Source: Camelus ferus (taxonomy: Eukaryota). From it: a DNA stretch of 64,000 bases. This document shows positions 62,271 through 64,000 of the stretch, piece by piece. The position numbers were made by a program, and so were the translations under genes. The notes under the pieces were generated by a model. It was not told the DNA's origin. It was given only the letters and a program-made list of their open reading frames with translations, and did no database searches. Position 1 is the first letter of the stretch. Every line of letters begins with the position of its first letter. The stretch is taken from the NCBI RefSeq assembly GCF_009834535.1, contig NC_045697.1, forward strand, positions 9,550,001-9,614,000, given 5' to 3'.

Positions 62271-63119
62271 ATCCCCCTAATACAAAGGAAAACTGTAAGG
62301 AAAGTTGAACTGTTCACCCTTTTCAGACTGTTCACCAATCTATAGCTCAGAATACCACCTCTTAAAGCCTCCAGTGTTGATTCCTAACCCACACACACAA
62401 GGGTTGGTCTGGACACAGACTCTATGCCCTGCCAGTGTCCGACCCCTTTACTCTACCCCCAGGCACTCAAGGGCATGCAGTTACCATACAGCAGCACATT
62501 TTCTAAAGTCTGAATCTTTCATGTCAAAGTTGCAGCAAGAAATTTCAAGATGAGCTCTGTCTCTCAACATTTATCATAACAGCTCAGCCCCTTCAAATTT
62601 TCTTCTCCTGAGTGAGATGCAGAAGTGCCCCCTTATTCTTCTTTGTCATCAAATGAACGATATTAGACTAAGAAAATAAGGAAACACACACATTTTCCGG
62701 GGTTAAGCAACAATTCTCAAACACAACGTCATCTAAATCCACCTTAAGTAAGGGGAATATTTTCCTAAAAGCAATGATATTGACATAGATGTCATTATTC
62801 ATTGGCTATAACATCTTCCAATATTGTGGAGAACAATGGCCACTTGCCTTCAGACGATGTCCTGGGTCCTTAGTGATCTACGGGAGTCAAGACTCCATTC
62901 AGAATCATCTGCTCCACTGACCACCTCTTAACTACCAATAGGCCAGCAGAAGATTTGAAACTATTTTAATGTTTTGGGGTTTTTTGTTTGTTTGTTTTGT
63001 GCTCTTTGATCCAAGGCACTTCTTTGCTAGATTGTTTTCCTGTTGTCTTGAGACACAGAAGGGTGGCAAAAAAATCTTTCCAAGCTATGGAGGAGGCCTA
63101 TTTTCCCCAGGAGGAGTTA

Positions 63120-63565
63120 CTTCAAGGTACAGATGAGAGTGATAAACACTGAGTGCTTTGACTGCTTGGAGAAGAGGCCACTGACCCAGCCCAGGGGCGA
63201 CAGCCAAGCGTGGCAGAAATGAGAGTAAGAGGTTTGAGAATGTTTCCCAGGCAGGTGACACTGGAGCCAGCCCTAAAAAGTGAGTAGAGTTTCTAGGCAA
63301 GGAAGGGAGAAGAGAATTTCAGGCCGAATCAGCAAAACCCTGAAGGCAAGTGAGAGCACGAACTATCCTGAGAACCCAGGGGATTTCACAGCTAAAGCAG
63401 AAGGAGGCAGAAGGGAGGAGCAGCAACAAATGTGTCCAAAGAAGTAAGAAAAGTTCCTATCATGAATAACCTCATGACTAGTTAAGTCAGAACTCTTCTC
63501 TGAAAGCAAAAACAAGAGTGGAAGGTTTTAAGCAGAGGAGGATGGAGTCTGGATCTCAGGACATC
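63120..63565 (-). mobile_element. Degraded L2 fragment
   Basis: tcccaggcaggtgacactggagc...gagaatttcaggc...agcaaaaccctgaagg...gtggaaggttttaagcagagg. Confidence 0.65.
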
Positions 63566-64000
63566 ATTTTTCACACCAGAGCTTGCCGAGACAACACCCC
63601 TCCTCTGTTGGTGGGTATCATGCCAGGCCCTGTTCGCCTCTCTTACTGTTTATGCCTGGGCACTGAGTCATCACCAGGTACTGGGATTTCTAAGAATATC
63701 AACCACAAACCGTCACCTGAGAAACAGGTTTGTGCTCTTCACTAAGGAAGAGCCCTCACTGAAGTTCCCAGTAATTAAAATAAGCAAACGTTACTTACAC
63801 AAGGGATTGTTAATTAGACTGCTTGTGTTTCCAAATGTCTTGTCTAAGTAGATCGTGATATTTAGAGGGGAGTTTTGATGTCAGAGGTGTCTTTCTTCTG
63901 CCTTCTGCGTGACTGCTGATCCTCATCCAAAACAAATTGAGGTCTGCTGGCTAATATTTATGTGATAGACCTGACATTTTCCTTCTTAAGGTTATTAATA

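Noticed and set aside
63791..64000. Minus-strand donor gtaagt with a possible upstream exon
   Set aside because: All three minus-strand frames contain stops before the donor and there is no good acceptor in the window; a non-coding exon cannot be excluded.

Overview
Mammalian non-coding DNA, either intergenic or inside a very large intron. It is probably camelid: a tRNA-Ala-derived Vic-1-type SINE and several young L1 3' ends resemble camelid families. I see no protein-coding exon, RNA gene, CpG island or CRISPR array. The ORF-track hits are either chance frames or transposon relics: L1 ORF2 at 36.2-36.6 kb and 56.1-57.8 kb, and L2 reverse transcriptase at 17.7-17.9 kb. The window is dense in ancient repeats (MIR, L2, old L1M, MLT1/ERVL solo LTRs, hAT MITEs), with a few young insertions that keep target-site duplications (TSDs) and several long microsatellites. 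Repeat family names come from recalled consensus sequences, not a database search, and the boundaries of old repeats are approximate. The best observations are: (1) one TSD-bounded L1 insertion at 60331-61050 combining a twin-priming 5' inversion with an apparent 3' transduction; (2) a near-consensus REST RE1/NRSE site at 20520-20540; (3) a 19/20 p53-family element at 27921-27940; (4) a perfect 14-bp-arm palindrome at 13505-13533; and (5) several repeat-free, motif-rich blocks that may be enhancers. I found no evidence for a new multi-gene biological system.
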